A DNA stretch of 64,000 bases from a phage. Positions within the stretch are counted from its first letter, which is position 1. Each line of letters opens with the position of its first letter. The notes under the pieces were generated by a model, which was given only the letters and a program-made list of their open reading frames with translations, had not been told where the DNA came from and did not search any database. The DNA lies in sequence record PZ445436.1; one strand, given 5' to 3'. The position numbers were made by a program, and so were the translations under genes. This document shows positions 42,871-53,599 of this stretch, one piece after another.

Positions 42871-44049
42871 TTAAAAATATTTTTTAAAACTCATCATAAC
42901 TTTATCATCAACATCATTATCAATCTGTGCAACAAGGTAAGATGACAGTTCTACTTCTTGTGGCGCGGATTGAACATTATCAGAATTAAGATATTCACGA
43001 ATCCAAGGATACGGATGTTTAACCGGAGCATCAGTAATTGGGCACGGAAGACCACACTGTTTCATACGAGATACAGTTAAGTAATCAATAAAGCTCCACA
43101 TGCTATTTGTATTTAATCCAGGAACATCGCCATCTTTAAATAAATGAACTGCCCAATCTTTTTCTTGGCGGTTAACTTCCATGAAAATATCAACTGCTTC
43201 TTGTTCACACTCTTTGGCAATTTTAACCCATTCATCACCATCCGTGCCAAGTTGAAGTTGACGAATAATATATTGTGTACCTTTAAGATGAAGCTGCTCA
43301 TCACGTGCAATGAACTTCATAATCTTGGCATTACCTTCCATGATTTCCATGTTCTTATGGAAGTTAAAGGTACATGCGAAAGATACATAAAAACGAATAG
43401 CTTCCAATGCGTTGATTACATGCAGACAAAGGTAAAGAGAACGCATTAGTTCGTATTTGCATTCTTCTACATGCATAAGGCTATTTGAATATGCGTCCAA
43501 ATCATATTCATTCTCTGAAAAACACCTAAAAATTTCTTTTGCGTTTTCCCATTCACGAGTTTTCTCAATAACATCATCATAATAACGACCAATAGATTCA
43601 GCACGTTTCATGATAGCTTTATCTAATACAATCTCATCAAATACCTTTGACGGGTCAGTATAAAGATTTCGCATAATATGAGTGTATGAACGGCTGTGAA
43701 TAGTTTCACTAAAAGTCCATGTAGCAACCCATGTATCAAGGCTTGGGTCTGAAATTAATGACATAAGTACAGCAGACGGTGCACGACCCTGAATGCTATC
43801 TAGAAGTGATTGATACTTCAGGTTATTAGTAAAAATATCTTGCTGATACTGAGGAAGCTTGTTAAATTGTGCAGCATCCATCATCAAGTTTACTTCTTCA
43901 GGACGCCAGAAAAATGACAATTGCTTTTCGGTTAAATCTTCAAAAACTTTATGGCGTTGAATATCATAACGCGCAATACCAAGACCTGAACCGAAGAACA
44001 TAGGTTCTTTTAAAACATCAACTGGATTTGTATTAAAAACTGTGCTCAT
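42871..44049 (-). CDS. nrdB: Ribonucleotide reductase small subunit, uninterrupted
   Basis: 392-aa contiguous ORF. Confidence 0.9.
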   Translation of the reverse strand: MSTVFNTNPVDVLKEPMFFGSGLGIARYDIQRHKVFEDLTEKQLSFFWRPEEVNLMMDAAQFNKLPQYQQDIFTNNLKYQSLLDSIQGRAPSAVLMSLISDPSLDTWVATWTFSETIHSRSYTHIMRNLYTDPSKVFDEIVLDKAIMKRAESIGRYYDDVIEKTREWENAKEIFRCFSENEYDLDAYSNSLMHVEECKYELMRSLYLCLHVINALEAIRFYVSFACTFNFHKNMEIMEGNAKIMKFIARDEQLHLKGTQYIIRQLQLGTDGDEWVKIAKECEQEAVDIFMEVNRQEKDWAVHLFKDGDVPGLNTNSMWSFIDYLTVSRMKQCGLPCPITDAPVKHPYPWIREYLNSDNVQSAPQEVELSSYLVAQIDNDVDDKVMMSFKKYF

Positions 44050-44100
44050 AAATTTTCCGCTTAGTTAATAGATAGTGACTCGTCCATGAGTCAAATTATA

Positions 44101-46365
44101 TCATAATTTACAGGATGAACAATCTTCAGCTTTTGGAGTTTCTATTTCATAATCATCAGTACCAGAACCGTCACGTGTATTATGATAATAGAAATTTTTT
44201 CCGCCAAAATACCAAAAATACAAAAGGTCATCAATCATTATTGACATTGGAACCTTGCCTTTAGGGAAGATTTGGGGGTCATAGTATGTATTCGCCGAAG
44301 CTGATTGACAAACCCATTTCAGCATAATAGCTACCTGCGTAAGATAAGGTTTATTACCTTTCTTAGCTAATTTCCATGTATAGTCGTAAAGGTCTATGTT
44401 ATGCTCAATATTGGGCACGACCTGATTAAAGGAGCCCTCTTTTGATTCTTTAACAGAGACTGGTCCACGTGGAGGCTCGATACCGTTTGTACTGTTAGAA
44501 ACTTGGGAAGATGACTCACATGGCATAAGTGCTGATAATGTACTATTACGGATGCCAAAGAGCTTAAGGTCTTCCCGCAGCGCCGACCAGTCACAAACGT
44601 ATTTTGGAGCTGCGATTTGGTCAATCTTTTTATTGTACCAGTCGATAGGTAATTCGCCTCGAGACCAACGAGTGTCTGAATAATATTCGCAAGGTCCTTT
44701 TTCTTTGGCGAGCTTAATGGATGCTTTAATGAGTCCATACTGTAATCTCTCAAATAGTTCATGTGTTAAATCGTTAGCATCTTCATAAGAAGCAAAGTTA
44801 CTTGCCAGCCAAGCTGCATAGTTAGTAACACCTACACCGAGGTTACGACGCTTTTTAGCTTTTTCTGCTTCAGGAACTGGATATCCTTGGTAATCCAAAA
44901 GATTATCAAGAGCACGAACTTGAACTTCTGCTAATTCATTAATTTTATCTTGGTCTTGCCAATCGAAGTTATCCAGCACAAATGCAGATAACGTGCACAA
45001 TCCAATTTCAGCATCGGGGCTATTCACATCATTTGTTGGAATAGCAATTTCACAGCACAAGTTACTCTGACGAATAGGTGCCTTTTCACGAATAAATGGA
45101 GTATAGTTATTCGTATTATCAATGAACTGTACATAAATCCTTGCTGTTCCTGAACGTTCAGTCATGAGCAATTCAAATAGTTCACGGGCTTTAATACGCT
45201 TTTTACGAATATTAGGGTCTTTTTCTGCTGCTTCGTATAATTCACGGAAACGGTCTTGGTCTTTAAAATAAGAATAATAAAGCTCTCCACCCATTTCATG
45301 TGGACTGAACAAAGTAATGTAATCGTTCTTTCCAAAACGTTCCATCATCAAATCATTCAGCTGAACACCATAATCCATATGACGAATGCGGTTTTCTTCT
45401 ACGCCTTTGTTATTTTTCAAAACGAGAAGATTTTCAACTTCCAAATGCCAAATAGGATAATAAGCAGTAGCAGCGCCGCCACGAATTCCACCCTGTGAAC
45501 ATGATTTAACTGCAGTCTGAAAATGTTTCCAAAAAGGAATAACACCGGTATGGCGTACTTCACCCATGCCAATCTTAGAACCTTCGGCACGAATCATACC
45601 AACGTTAATACCAATTCCAGCGCGTTTAGAGATATATTCAACAATTGAAGCGGAAGCCTTATTGATAGACTTTAATGAATCACCTGCCTCAATAACAACA
45701 CATGAACTAAACTGTCGAGTCGGAGTACGGCAACCAGCCATAATAGGAGTTGGCAGTGAAATCTGTCGAGTAGATACCGCTTCATAAAAACGGATAACAT
45801 GTTTTAATCTATCAACAGGTTCATCTTGATGCAATGCCATTCCAATAGTCATAAATGCAAACTGTGGAGTTTCATAAATTTGACCAGTGGTTTTATCTTT
45901 AACTAAATATTTTTCTTTTAATTGCATCGCCCCGGAATAAGTAAATTCCATATCCCGTTCGTGCTTAATTTTTGATTCTAAAAATGTAATTTCTTCTGCT
46001 GAATATTTTGACAATAATTCAGGGTCATATTTACCTTCATTTACACAGTAAGAAATATGGTCAATAAATGAACGTGGTTCATACTGCCCATAAACATGCT
46101 TACGAAGAGCAAACATTAAACAGCGTGCAGCTACGTATTGATAATCAGGCTCTTCAACTGAAATAGAATTCGCAGCAGCCTTAATTACAATGGTTTGAAT
46201 GTCATCAGTGGTCATTCCATCACGGAGATATGATTTAATATTTTCATATAATTCATAAGGATCTACTGATGTTCCCTCAGCTGCCCAAGATAAAACTTTA
46301 ATAATTTTTTGTGGGTCAAAGCTCTGAGAAACACCACTACTTTTGATAACATTAATTAATTGCAT
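44101..46365 (-). CDS. nrdA: Ribonucleotide reductase large subunit
   Basis: 754-aa ORF, length as T4 NrdA. Confidence 0.95.
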   Translation of the reverse strand: MQLINVIKSSGVSQSFDPQKIIKVLSWAAEGTSVDPYELYENIKSYLRDGMTTDDIQTIVIKAAANSISVEEPDYQYVAARCLMFALRKHVYGQYEPRSFIDHISYCVNEGKYDPELLSKYSAEEITFLESKIKHERDMEFTYSGAMQLKEKYLVKDKTTGQIYETPQFAFMTIGMALHQDEPVDRLKHVIRFYEAVSTRQISLPTPIMAGCRTPTRQFSSCVVIEAGDSLKSINKASASIVEYISKRAGIGINVGMIRAEGSKIGMGEVRHTGVIPFWKHFQTAVKSCSQGGIRGGAATAYYPIWHLEVENLLVLKNNKGVEENRIRHMDYGVQLNDLMMERFGKNDYITLFSPHEMGGELYYSYFKDQDRFRELYEAAEKDPNIRKKRIKARELFELLMTERSGTARIYVQFIDNTNNYTPFIREKAPIRQSNLCCEIAIPTNDVNSPDAEIGLCTLSAFVLDNFDWQDQDKINELAEVQVRALDNLLDYQGYPVPEAEKAKKRRNLGVGVTNYAAWLASNFASYEDANDLTHELFERLQYGLIKASIKLAKEKGPCEYYSDTRWSRGELPIDWYNKKIDQIAAPKYVCDWSALREDLKLFGIRNSTLSALMPCESSSQVSNSTNGIEPPRGPVSVKESKEGSFNQVVPNIEHNIDLYDYTWKLAKKGNKPYLTQVAIMLKWVCQSASANTYYDPQIFPKGKVPMSIMIDDLLYFWYFGGKNFYYHNTRDGSGTDDYEIETPKAEDCSSCKL

Positions 46366-46682
46366 AAGTCCTCAACTTGAAAATCGTCTTTAAACAATCG
46401 GTTAACTATATGAGCTATTATATCACCATGACACGGCTTTGGTTTACATGTGCATCCTAGCCTCATTCCACGTAAAGGCTCTAAATGTGCTTTAGTTATT
46501 TCTCCGGATTTAATTCGACGTATAAAATCTTTTTTGAATAATTCAATGGCAGCCTCCCGGCTGCCAGCATCTTTACCGACGTAATTTCCCCAAAATGTAC
46601 CACGGTGAATATTAACATCAAAGTCGGATTTATATTTATTCACTACCCGGCATAGACGGCCCGGTTGGTAATAATTCTTCAT
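46356..46682 (-). CDS. Hypothetical protein (nrdA.1-like position)
   Basis: 108-aa ORF with confirmed ATG start; Cys cluster [11 protein letters not shown]. Confidence 0.6.
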   Translation of the reverse strand: MKNYYQPGRLCRVVNKYKSDFDVNIHRGTFWGNYVGKDAGSREAAIELFKKDFIRRIKSGEITKAHLEPLRGMRLGCTCKPKPCHGDIIAHIVNRLFKDDFQVEDLCN

Positions 46683-46899
46683 ATTGTTTTTCCGTTAATA
46701 CAGTAATATCATAGTAACAATCGGAAGAAGTTTTAACTGTGGAAATTTTATTGTCAAAATACTCACGAGTCATTTTATGAGTATAATATTTTTTACCATA
46801 AATGGTAATAGGCTGTTCTGGTCCTGGAACTTCTAACTCGCTTGGATTAGGAAGTGTAAAAAGAACGACACCAGAAGTATCTTTAAATCGTAAAATCAT
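46636..46899 (-). CDS. Hypothetical protein (nrdA.2-like position)
   Basis: 87-aa ORF; ATGA overlap with td; 47-nt overlap with downstream ORF. Confidence 0.5.
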   Translation of the reverse strand: MILRFKDTSGVVLFTLPNPSELEVPGPEQPITIYGKKYYTHKMTREYFDNKISTVKTSSDCYYDITVLTEKQYEELLPTGPSMPGSE

Positions 46900-47756
46900 A
46901 TTGCCATTTTCCCTTTAATTGCTGGATGCGATTCATAATTTTCAAGGATAAAATCTTTCGGTTTCATGTATTCAGTTAACCAGTAAAGCTGTGTTTCGGT
47001 GTCACAATTTTCAAACTCTATAGGCCAATCAATTTTAAGTTCACACAGTTCTTTAGGCTCACGACGTAAAATTTCTTTACATTGCTCAGTATGATTCATA
47101 TAGATGTGAGTATTACCACCAGAAAATATCAAATCTCCTGGGATAAGATTACACATCTTAGCCACAATATGCGTCAAGGCAGCGTACGAGGCAATGTTGA
47201 ACGGCAAACCCAAGAAAACATCTACACTTCTTTGGTACCATTGTAAATCAAGATAACCATTACGCACATTAAACTGATAGAACATATGACAGGGCGGTAA
47301 TGCCATTTGATTGATTTCAGCTGGATTCCATGCTGAAACGATTTGACGTCGATCAGTTGGTAATTTTTTAATACGATCAATAGTTTCAACTAATTGATCC
47401 ACACCACCGAAATCACGCCATTGTTTACCGTATATAGGACCAAGTTCACCACTATGATATCCTAGGTCTTTAGCTTGGTTTTCATAATTGTCATCCCAGA
47501 TAGTTTTACCTTGAATAAGACTACCGTGAGTAAGAAGACGTAAATCATTAACATTGGTAGAACCGGAAATAAACCATAAAAGCTCAGCAATGCATGCATT
47601 CCAGGCGAGCTTCTTAGTTGTTACTGCAGGAAAACCTTTAGTTAAATCCCAGCGTAATTTAGTACCGAACAAAGCAATTGTTCCTGTGCCCGTTCGGTCA
47701 TCGGTTTCATAGCCATTTTCAAAAATGTCTTTAATTAAATCTTGGTATTGTTTCAT
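46896..47756 (-). CDS. td: Thymidylate synthase, uninterrupted
   Basis: 286-aa contiguous ORF with active-site PPCH motif. Confidence 0.95.
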   Translation of the reverse strand: MKQYQDLIKDIFENGYETDDRTGTGTIALFGTKLRWDLTKGFPAVTTKKLAWNACIAELLWFISGSTNVNDLRLLTHGSLIQGKTIWDDNYENQAKDLGYHSGELGPIYGKQWRDFGGVDQLVETIDRIKKLPTDRRQIVSAWNPAEINQMALPPCHMFYQFNVRNGYLDLQWYQRSVDVFLGLPFNIASYAALTHIVAKMCNLIPGDLIFSGGNTHIYMNHTEQCKEILRREPKELCELKIDWPIEFENCDTETQLYWLTEYMKPKDFILENYESHPAIKGKMAI

Positions 47757-47801
47757 TTAGTACCTTATATAAATTATAATACATTTTATGAAGCTGAATA
47801 A

Positions 47802-48149
47802 TCAATACGGTTTAGCATCAAATTTTCTCTCAATTTCAGGTGTGAAATATAATTCTTTACCGCGTTTGGAAAAGCGACCAATAATATGATAATTATTCTC
47901 ATCAAACGTAATATTACCAATATCCATAGCTTTCAACCAAATATCGATATTTCTATCCAGCTTTATGTCAAAATTCCAATACGGAGAACTATTACCGAAA
48001 ATACTGCAAGCGGATTCAGTGAAACAACTGCTATAAATCTTGTCTTTAGGAACTACTAATTGATAGACACCTTTAATAAACTGAGGACCTTGCCATTTTG
48101 GCTGTTTCGTGTCTTTTTCTAATAGAATAGGGTAATAATTAAAATTCAT
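47802..48149 (-). CDS. Hypothetical protein inserted between frd and td
   Basis: 115-aa ORF with ATG start, 19 nt downstream of the frd stop; no recognisable motif. Confidence 0.6.
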   Translation of the reverse strand: MNFNYYPILLEKDTKQPKWQGPQFIKGVYQLVVPKDKIYSSCFTESACSIFGNSSPYWNFDIKLDRNIDIWLKAMDIGNITFDENNYHIIGRFSKRGKELYFTPEIERKFDAKPY

Positions 48150-48168
48150 ATTTCCGCCACGCGTTATT

Positions 48169-48989
<821 letters not shown>

Positions 48990-48998
48990 TATATTTCC

Positions 48999-49241
48999 TC
49001 AAACAGACTTTTTCACAATTTTCCAATCAGCTTTAAACTGATCGACGTCAGAATGATAAATCCAAAATCCTGCGCTTTCACCGTCTTCATAAAGCGGACA
49101 CCCATCACATTCATCTTCCCATCCCATGCCACGTAAAAGGTGTTCAGCTTTTTCAACAAGTTCAGAATCTTTACCGATGATATTAAAATACCATTTACCT
49201 CTAACTTCCGAATCTTTGATGCTCTGACGTTGTAATCTCAT
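48999..49241 (-). CDS. Hypothetical protein (frd.x cluster)
   Basis: 80-aa ORF preceded by early promoter. Confidence 0.55.
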   Translation of the reverse strand: MRLQRQSIKDSEVRGKWYFNIIGKDSELVEKAEHLLRGMGWEDECDGCPLYEDGESAGFWIYHSDVDQFKADWKIVKKSV

Positions 49242-49267
49242 TTTATTCTCCTCAAGTTGATAAGGCT

Positions 49268-49297
49268 ATAGTATCATTACCATAGCCCGTTGTAAAC
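49268..49297 (-). promoter_or_regulatory. T4-type early promoter upstream of the 80-aa frd.x ORF
   Basis: Minus strand GTTTAC-N18-TACTAT with TGA before -10. Confidence 0.5.
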
Positions 49298-49299
49298 AA

Positions 49300-49560
49300 T
49301 TATTTTTGAATTTTATCGAGCCACTTACCAAGCTTAATCATTTCTTTAGTAGCCTTTTCCATACTTCTGAACTTGACCAATAGAGGATAGGTATCGACAC
49401 CCATAACTAAACTGGTTACAAGACTGTGTTCACCCACAAGCCATAACGAATACGTTTGAATATCGAGCCCGTAATTTCTGTCTTTATGGACCCGTACACC
49501 CATCACTTCAAATTTCTCACTAGCTTTTTCTACCGCATCCAGGAAATCATCTTTAGTCAT
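49300..49560 (-). CDS. Hypothetical protein (frd.x cluster)
   Basis: Start placed at internal ATG (MTKDDFLDAV, AAGG SD, 1 nt after upstream stop), 86 aa. Confidence 0.5.
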   Translation of the reverse strand: MTKDDFLDAVEKASEKFEVMGVRVHKDRNYGLDIQTYSLWLVGEHSLVTSLVMGVDTYPLLVKFRSMEKATKEMIKLGKWLDKIQK

Positions 49561-49561
49561 A

Positions 49562-49942
49562 TTAGGCCTTAAAAGTTTTTCGCAAAAGTTCAATGATTTC
49601 ATCTACATTGTTTTCGTCAACAATGCAGTGAATTTTTGTTACGCCAGAAACCTTGTCTTTGACTTCATCTTCTTCAGAAGTCGGTTCTTTATACTCACGA
49701 AAACAATGAAATTCATCTTCGCAAATTTCTAAAAGTCTATCTTTGAGGTAAAAATGCTTTCCATTTGCGCATTCAATGTGTTTTACTGCTTTATATCCAT
49801 TAGCGACGGAAACTTCTTTAACTTCAAACCATCCGCCATTATCTCGAATAGCTTTAACGATTGATGAATTAGAACGTGGGCTATAATTAATAAATGTATC
49901 AATAAGTCTTGGAACAAGTTCATACTTTTTGCCAATATACAT
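49562..49942 (-). CDS. Hypothetical Cys/His-containing protein
   Basis: 126-aa ORF; HIECANGKH ... CEDEFHCF ... HC suggests possible metal binding. Confidence 0.55.
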   Translation of the reverse strand: MYIGKKYELVPRLIDTFINYSPRSNSSIVKAIRDNGGWFEVKEVSVANGYKAVKHIECANGKHFYLKDRLLEICEDEFHCFREYKEPTSEEDEVKDKVSGVTKIHCIVDENNVDEIIELLRKTFKA

Positions 49943-49985
49943 TACGTTTCCTCATTTTGATAGGGGCTTGATAGCCCCTTGATAA

Positions 49986-50213
49986 TTATTGTTCAATCAG
50001 TCCCATGTAAAATTCTGCGTCTTCGGCATCCATGCCATCACAATATTCATTAGCCATAAAGCGGGTGAGGTCTTCAAGAGGACCTTCAACAACAATTTGA
50101 ATACTCCAAAATTTAGAATCTTGCACGCTTGTGATACTAAGTTCAGGATAACGATTACGAATAATTTCTTCAATATATTCAAAATCAACAACATCAATAT
50201 CAACTTTAGCCAT
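49986..50213 (-). CDS. Hypothetical small acidic protein
   Basis: Start at internal ATG 50213 ([24 protein letters not shown]), 75 aa; early promoter upstream. Confidence 0.5.
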   Translation of the reverse strand: MAKVDIDVVDFEYIEEIIRNRYPELSITSVQDSKFWSIQIVVEGPLEDLTRFMANEYCDGMDAEDAEFYMGLIEQ

Positions 50214-50256
50214 ATTATTTTCCTCTTTAATCATCAGCAGTATTGCCGATAGTTGT

Positions 50257-50286
50257 ATAGTACCATGGAAGGACAAGGATGTAAAC
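50257..50286 (-). promoter_or_regulatory. T4-type early promoter upstream of the 75-aa ORF
   Basis: Minus strand GTTTAC-N18-TACTAT with TGG before -10; just downstream of the gene 32 terminator. Confidence 0.5.
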
Positions 50287-50318
50287 CGTTTTGTGAAAAA
50301 ATTTTTGAAATAAAAAAA

Positions 50319-50337
50319 GGGGACCTCTAGGGTCCCC
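50319..50337 (-). terminator. Intrinsic terminator after gene 32
   Basis: GGGGACC-CUAGA-GGUCCCC hairpin followed on minus strand by U-run. Confidence 0.75.
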
Positions 50338-50359
50338 AATTAATTAGTAATATAATCTA

Positions 50360-51268
50360 TTAAAGGTCATTCAAAAGGTCATCCAGGTCCGTGTCATCAG
50401 CACTAGATGAACTGCCAGAGCTTGAGCTCATAAAATCATCTTCAGTTTTTGTATTGAAGTCATCAACATTGAATGCATCCAAATCATCAGCAACTTTATC
50501 AGCTTTCTTAGCAGCAGTTGCAGCGGCACCGCCCATCACAGCAGTTCCCATGACTTGACCGAATTTAGTGCTCAGTTCTTCAAACGATTTGAATTTATCT
50601 TTAGAAGTCATTTCAGAAAGGTCAACCATTTGTTCGAACAGTTCTTTCTGGAAAGATTCATCGTCAATGTTTGGAATCGCAGATTGATTCAGGAATTTAG
50701 ATTCGTCGTAGTTACTAAAACCAGAAACTTGTTTAACTTTCAGTACAAAGTTAGCACCTTCCCACGGACAAGTTACATCAACCGGAGTTTCACCCATTTC
50801 AACATCAACTGCAATCATTGCGTTGATTTTATCCCAGATTTTCTTACCGAAACGGTATTTAAATACTTTACCTTCATTTTCTGGAGCAGCTGGGTCTTTT
50901 ACAACAAGAATGTTAGCCCAGTAAGAAGTTTTACGTTTAACAAGACTGTACTCTTTATTGTCAGTGTTGTACAGATCATTTTTACTGATGTACTGACATA
51001 CTGGGCAAGAATCGTAATCACCGTGGGTAGATGAACAGTTTTCAATATACCATTTACCATTTTTCTTGAAACCATGATTTACAAGAATTGCGAATGGTGC
51101 TTGTTCATCATTTTTAGACGGAAGAAAACGAATTACTGCTTGACCGTTACCCGCATTGTCGAGTTTCAGTTTCCACTCGCCTTTATCTTCAGAAGAAAAA
51201 CCACCTTTATTTCCAGCCAGTTTAGCCATTTGTGCAGCGAGTTCAGCAGTAGATTTACGTTTAAACAT
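50360..51268 (-). CDS. 32: Single-stranded DNA-binding protein, T4 gp32
   Basis: 302-aa ORF; zinc-binding H...CPVC region and acidic C-terminus; A/U-rich UUAAA-repeat leader. Confidence 0.95.
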   Translation of the reverse strand: MFKRKSTAELAAQMAKLAGNKGGFSSEDKGEWKLKLDNAGNGQAVIRFLPSKNDEQAPFAILVNHGFKKNGKWYIENCSSTHGDYDSCPVCQYISKNDLYNTDNKEYSLVKRKTSYWANILVVKDPAAPENEGKVFKYRFGKKIWDKINAMIAVDVEMGETPVDVTCPWEGANFVLKVKQVSGFSNYDESKFLNQSAIPNIDDESFQKELFEQMVDLSEMTSKDKFKSFEELSTKFGQVMGTAVMGGAAATAAKKADKVADDLDAFNVDDFNTKTEDDFMSSSSGSSSSADDTDLDDLLNDL

Positions 51269-51342
51269 TTTTATTTCCTTTTTAATTTAATTAACAGTTG
51301 GTGCTATGACGATGTATGACCTCATAGCTGGTCAGTGAGATA
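51269..51342 (-). promoter_or_regulatory. Gene 32 5' leader / autogenous translational operator region
   Basis: Leader ends ...UUAAUUAAAUUAAAAAGGAAAUAAAAUG; in T4 gp32 binds this unstructured A/U-rich region next to a pseudoknot. Confidence 0.5.
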
Positions 51343-51367
51343 ATTATAATCTATTTATAATAAGCAA
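51343..51367 (-). promoter_or_regulatory. Possible middle-type promoter for gene 32 (imperfect MotA box)
   Basis: Minus strand TTGCTTA ... TATAAT; overlaps a TATAAATA motif. Confidence 0.3.
51352..51359 (-). promoter_or_regulatory. Possible late promoter for gene 32
   Basis: Plus TATTTATA about 85 nt upstream of the gene 32 start. Confidence 0.45.
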
Positions 51368-52021
51368 TTAATACTTGCAAGATTTCACAGTTTCAATAAA
51401 AACTTTTTTAGCTTCCTGTGAATCAATATTTAAAATTTTTCTATAAGCCTTTAACTTTATAGAATAATTATTCCAGACTAAATTATCAGTCTGTTCATCA
51501 TGTTTATCAATTATATTTAAAAATGAATCAAGCAAGATAAACGTCTCAAACGAAATTATGTTCGATTGCAGAAGTTTAAAAATATAACTTGATTGAACCT
51601 TTGGATTATATTCAAAGATTTCTTTAAAAGCAGAAACTTCAACTTTTTTACTAAAATAATAAATGTTGCGAATATCTTCTTCAAACTTAAATTTAATTTG
51701 CTTTAAGCGTCCGATATATTCACGATAAAACACAAGTGCATCAGCGTCAGAGATGTCGCCAATCCAAGCATCTTGGTTAGCAACCAAATTACTTATAAAG
51801 ATTAAAGCAAGTTCCTTTAATTTATATTTTTCTGATAACTTCTGGAAAAAATACTTATCCCTTCGCTTTTGATAAGCGGCATCAGACACCCGCATGCACC
51901 AATTATACTTAATTACATCATACTTTCCATTCATATGCTGTTTTATCATTAAGTATAATTTATAAACTGATTTACCATCAATGTATCTTTCACCACCAGC
52001 AGGCATGCGGAGTTTAATCAT
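51368..52021 (-). CDS. 59: Helicase loader, T4 gp59
   Basis: 217-aa ORF, length as T4 gp59. Confidence 0.9.
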   Translation of the reverse strand: MIKLRMPAGGERYIDGKSVYKLYLMIKQHMNGKYDVIKYNWCMRVSDAAYQKRRDKYFFQKLSEKYKLKELALIFISNLVANQDAWIGDISDADALVFYREYIGRLKQIKFKFEEDIRNIYYFSKKVEVSAFKEIFEYNPKVQSSYIFKLLQSNIISFETFILLDSFLNIIDKHDEQTDNLVWNNYSIKLKAYRKILNIDSQEAKKVFIETVKSCKY

Positions 52022-52356
52022 AGTAGAAAATCTAATGTATTAGTTTTTTCACAACGAACAACAGAAGGACGTAAAAGATTTTCGTCAATAGCTTCTGACT
52101 GAATTTTTTCAATTATACCCGAAGGAATAAATTTAGCAAATTGAGTTTCAGGAATAGAGTTTTCTTCCAAGAATGCTGTCGTAGCTTCAAGATAACTCAT
52201 TCCAAACTCTTCTACCATTTTTTCAATAATAAATCCATTTTCTTGACGATCAAGAAGCTTTGCTATTTCATCCTTTTCTTTCTTGATTGAAAGTTCTTTT
52301 TCTGAAAGACCGGTCTCATCGACCGGACGAATATCATTTAGAGAAAACTGTGTCAT
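52018..52356 (-). CDS. 33: Late transcription co-activator, T4 gp33
   Basis: Internal start giving MTQFSLNDIRPVDETG..., 112 aa as T4 gp33. Confidence 0.85.
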   Translation of the reverse strand: MTQFSLNDIRPVDETGLSEKELSIKKEKDEIAKLLDRQENGFIIEKMVEEFGMSYLEATTAFLEENSIPETQFAKFIPSGIIEKIQSEAIDENLLRPSVVRCEKTNTLDFLL

Positions 52357-52603
52357 AAAGTTCAACTACCTCTTCAGTTTCAGCTTCAAACACATCACGG
52401 TTATCTTTATGATACAAAGCTAACAGACGATTAAACATCTTACCATCAACGCCAAGTTCATCTTTAGCACGAATTCGAATATCTTTAATCAGTTCATTAT
52501 AACCGGAAATTTTCAGTTTATGATCAGATGCCTCTTTAATAAATTTAGCCAAGTCTTCGCCATGGATAGCTTCATCAAATTCAACCATTTCTTTTTTAGC
52601 CAT
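52334..52603 (-). CDS. dsbA: Double-stranded DNA-binding protein DsbA
   Basis: 89-aa ORF, length and position as T4 DsbA. Confidence 0.8.
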   Translation of the reverse strand: MAKKEMVEFDEAIHGEDLAKFIKEASDHKLKISGYNELIKDIRIRAKDELGVDGKMFNRLLALYHKDNRDVFEAETEEVVELYDTVFSK

Positions 52604-52611
52604 TATTCACC

Positions 52612-53529
52612 TCAAAATTCATTAATGCTATTAATTAATTTAGAAAGACCCGCTTTTACAAAATATGAATAAATTTTGCCACGCGGTGGTAATTTATATG
52701 AATTATAGTAATTCACAATGTTTGAAGCAATATTATCAGGAATATAATCAAAATCAATTAGAACTAAATTTTCTTTATAACGATTATATTCAGATTCTGT
52801 GAGAAGCACCTTAGCTTGCTCACGGTCATTAGCAATAGCTTCAACGATTGAAGTTTTCATCGAAGGAGTTCGTTCACCTTCAACTTTGGTAAACCAAAAG
52901 TCAGATCGTACTTTAACTGAAGCAACGTTATCCTTTTTGTCGCCTTTAAGGATTTTAGTCATACAGTCAATTTCAGCAGAACCGCTTTTAATTTTAACCC
53001 ATTTCTTATGCATCGGCGACCATTGCTTAACATTTGGGTATTTGTGAAGCTGTGTAAAGTCACCATCCGATGAAATGATTAAAATCTTGTGTCCTTCTAA
53101 AGAGAACTTTTTAACAAGAACAGCAATGTGGTCATCTGCTTCATACTTATCAATATCCATAACAATGTATGGCATATAAGCTTTCAATTCATCTATAACT
53201 TTATGGCTGGATTCAAAATAACCTTCCCAGTCCCAAGTCGATTCTTCTCGTGCTTTTCCACGGTTTTTCTTATAATAATAAGCGAAATCACGACGCCAAT
53301 ATCCAGATTTCGCATTATCAATACACAGTACAATTTTAGTGTATCCAAGCGTTTTTGCTTTTTTGACATTAAACTTAATTGAGTTCAATATCAAATGACG
53401 AACCATTGATAAATTAATTTTTTCTTTATCTGGGAAGTTTACTAAAGCAGTTGAAAGCGCAATTTGACTAAAGTCAATAAAGCAAATTCCTTCTTTGTAA
53501 TCTTCATCCAACATCATTTCTAAATCCAT
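52612..53529 (-). CDS. rnh: RNase H (5'-3' exonuclease, FEN family)
   Basis: ORF-track start is TTG; ATG at 53529 (MDLEMMLDEDYKEG, GAGG SD) gives 305 aa as T4 RNase H. Confidence 0.9.
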   Translation of the reverse strand: MDLEMMLDEDYKEGICFIDFSQIALSTALVNFPDKEKINLSMVRHLILNSIKFNVKKAKTLGYTKIVLCIDNAKSGYWRRDFAYYYKKNRGKAREESTWDWEGYFESSHKVIDELKAYMPYIVMDIDKYEADDHIAVLVKKFSLEGHKILIISSDGDFTQLHKYPNVKQWSPMHKKWVKIKSGSAEIDCMTKILKGDKKDNVASVKVRSDFWFTKVEGERTPSMKTSIVEAIANDREQAKVLLTESEYNRYKENLVLIDFDYIPDNIASNIVNYYNSYKLPPRGKIYSYFVKAGLSKLINSINEF

Positions 53530-53558
53530 ATGAACCTCGTTCAATTAGTGAGATTTTT

Positions 53559-53588
53559 ATTATATACCATCCAAATCTTAAAGTAAAC
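53559..53588 (-). promoter_or_regulatory. T4-type early promoter upstream of rnh
   Basis: Minus strand GTTTAC-N18-TATAAT (TGGTATATAAT). Confidence 0.55.
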
Positions 53589-53591
53589 AAG

Positions 53592-53599
53592 TATAAATA
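53592..53599 (+). promoter_or_regulatory. Late promoter (TATAAATA) for gene 34
   Basis: Exact TATAAATA 34 nt upstream of gene 34 ATG. Confidence 0.6.

Noticed and set aside
47757-47801. Possible MotA-type middle promoter upstream of td
   Set aside because: The box is AGCTTCA (one mismatch) and the spacer to TATAAT is only about 10 nt.
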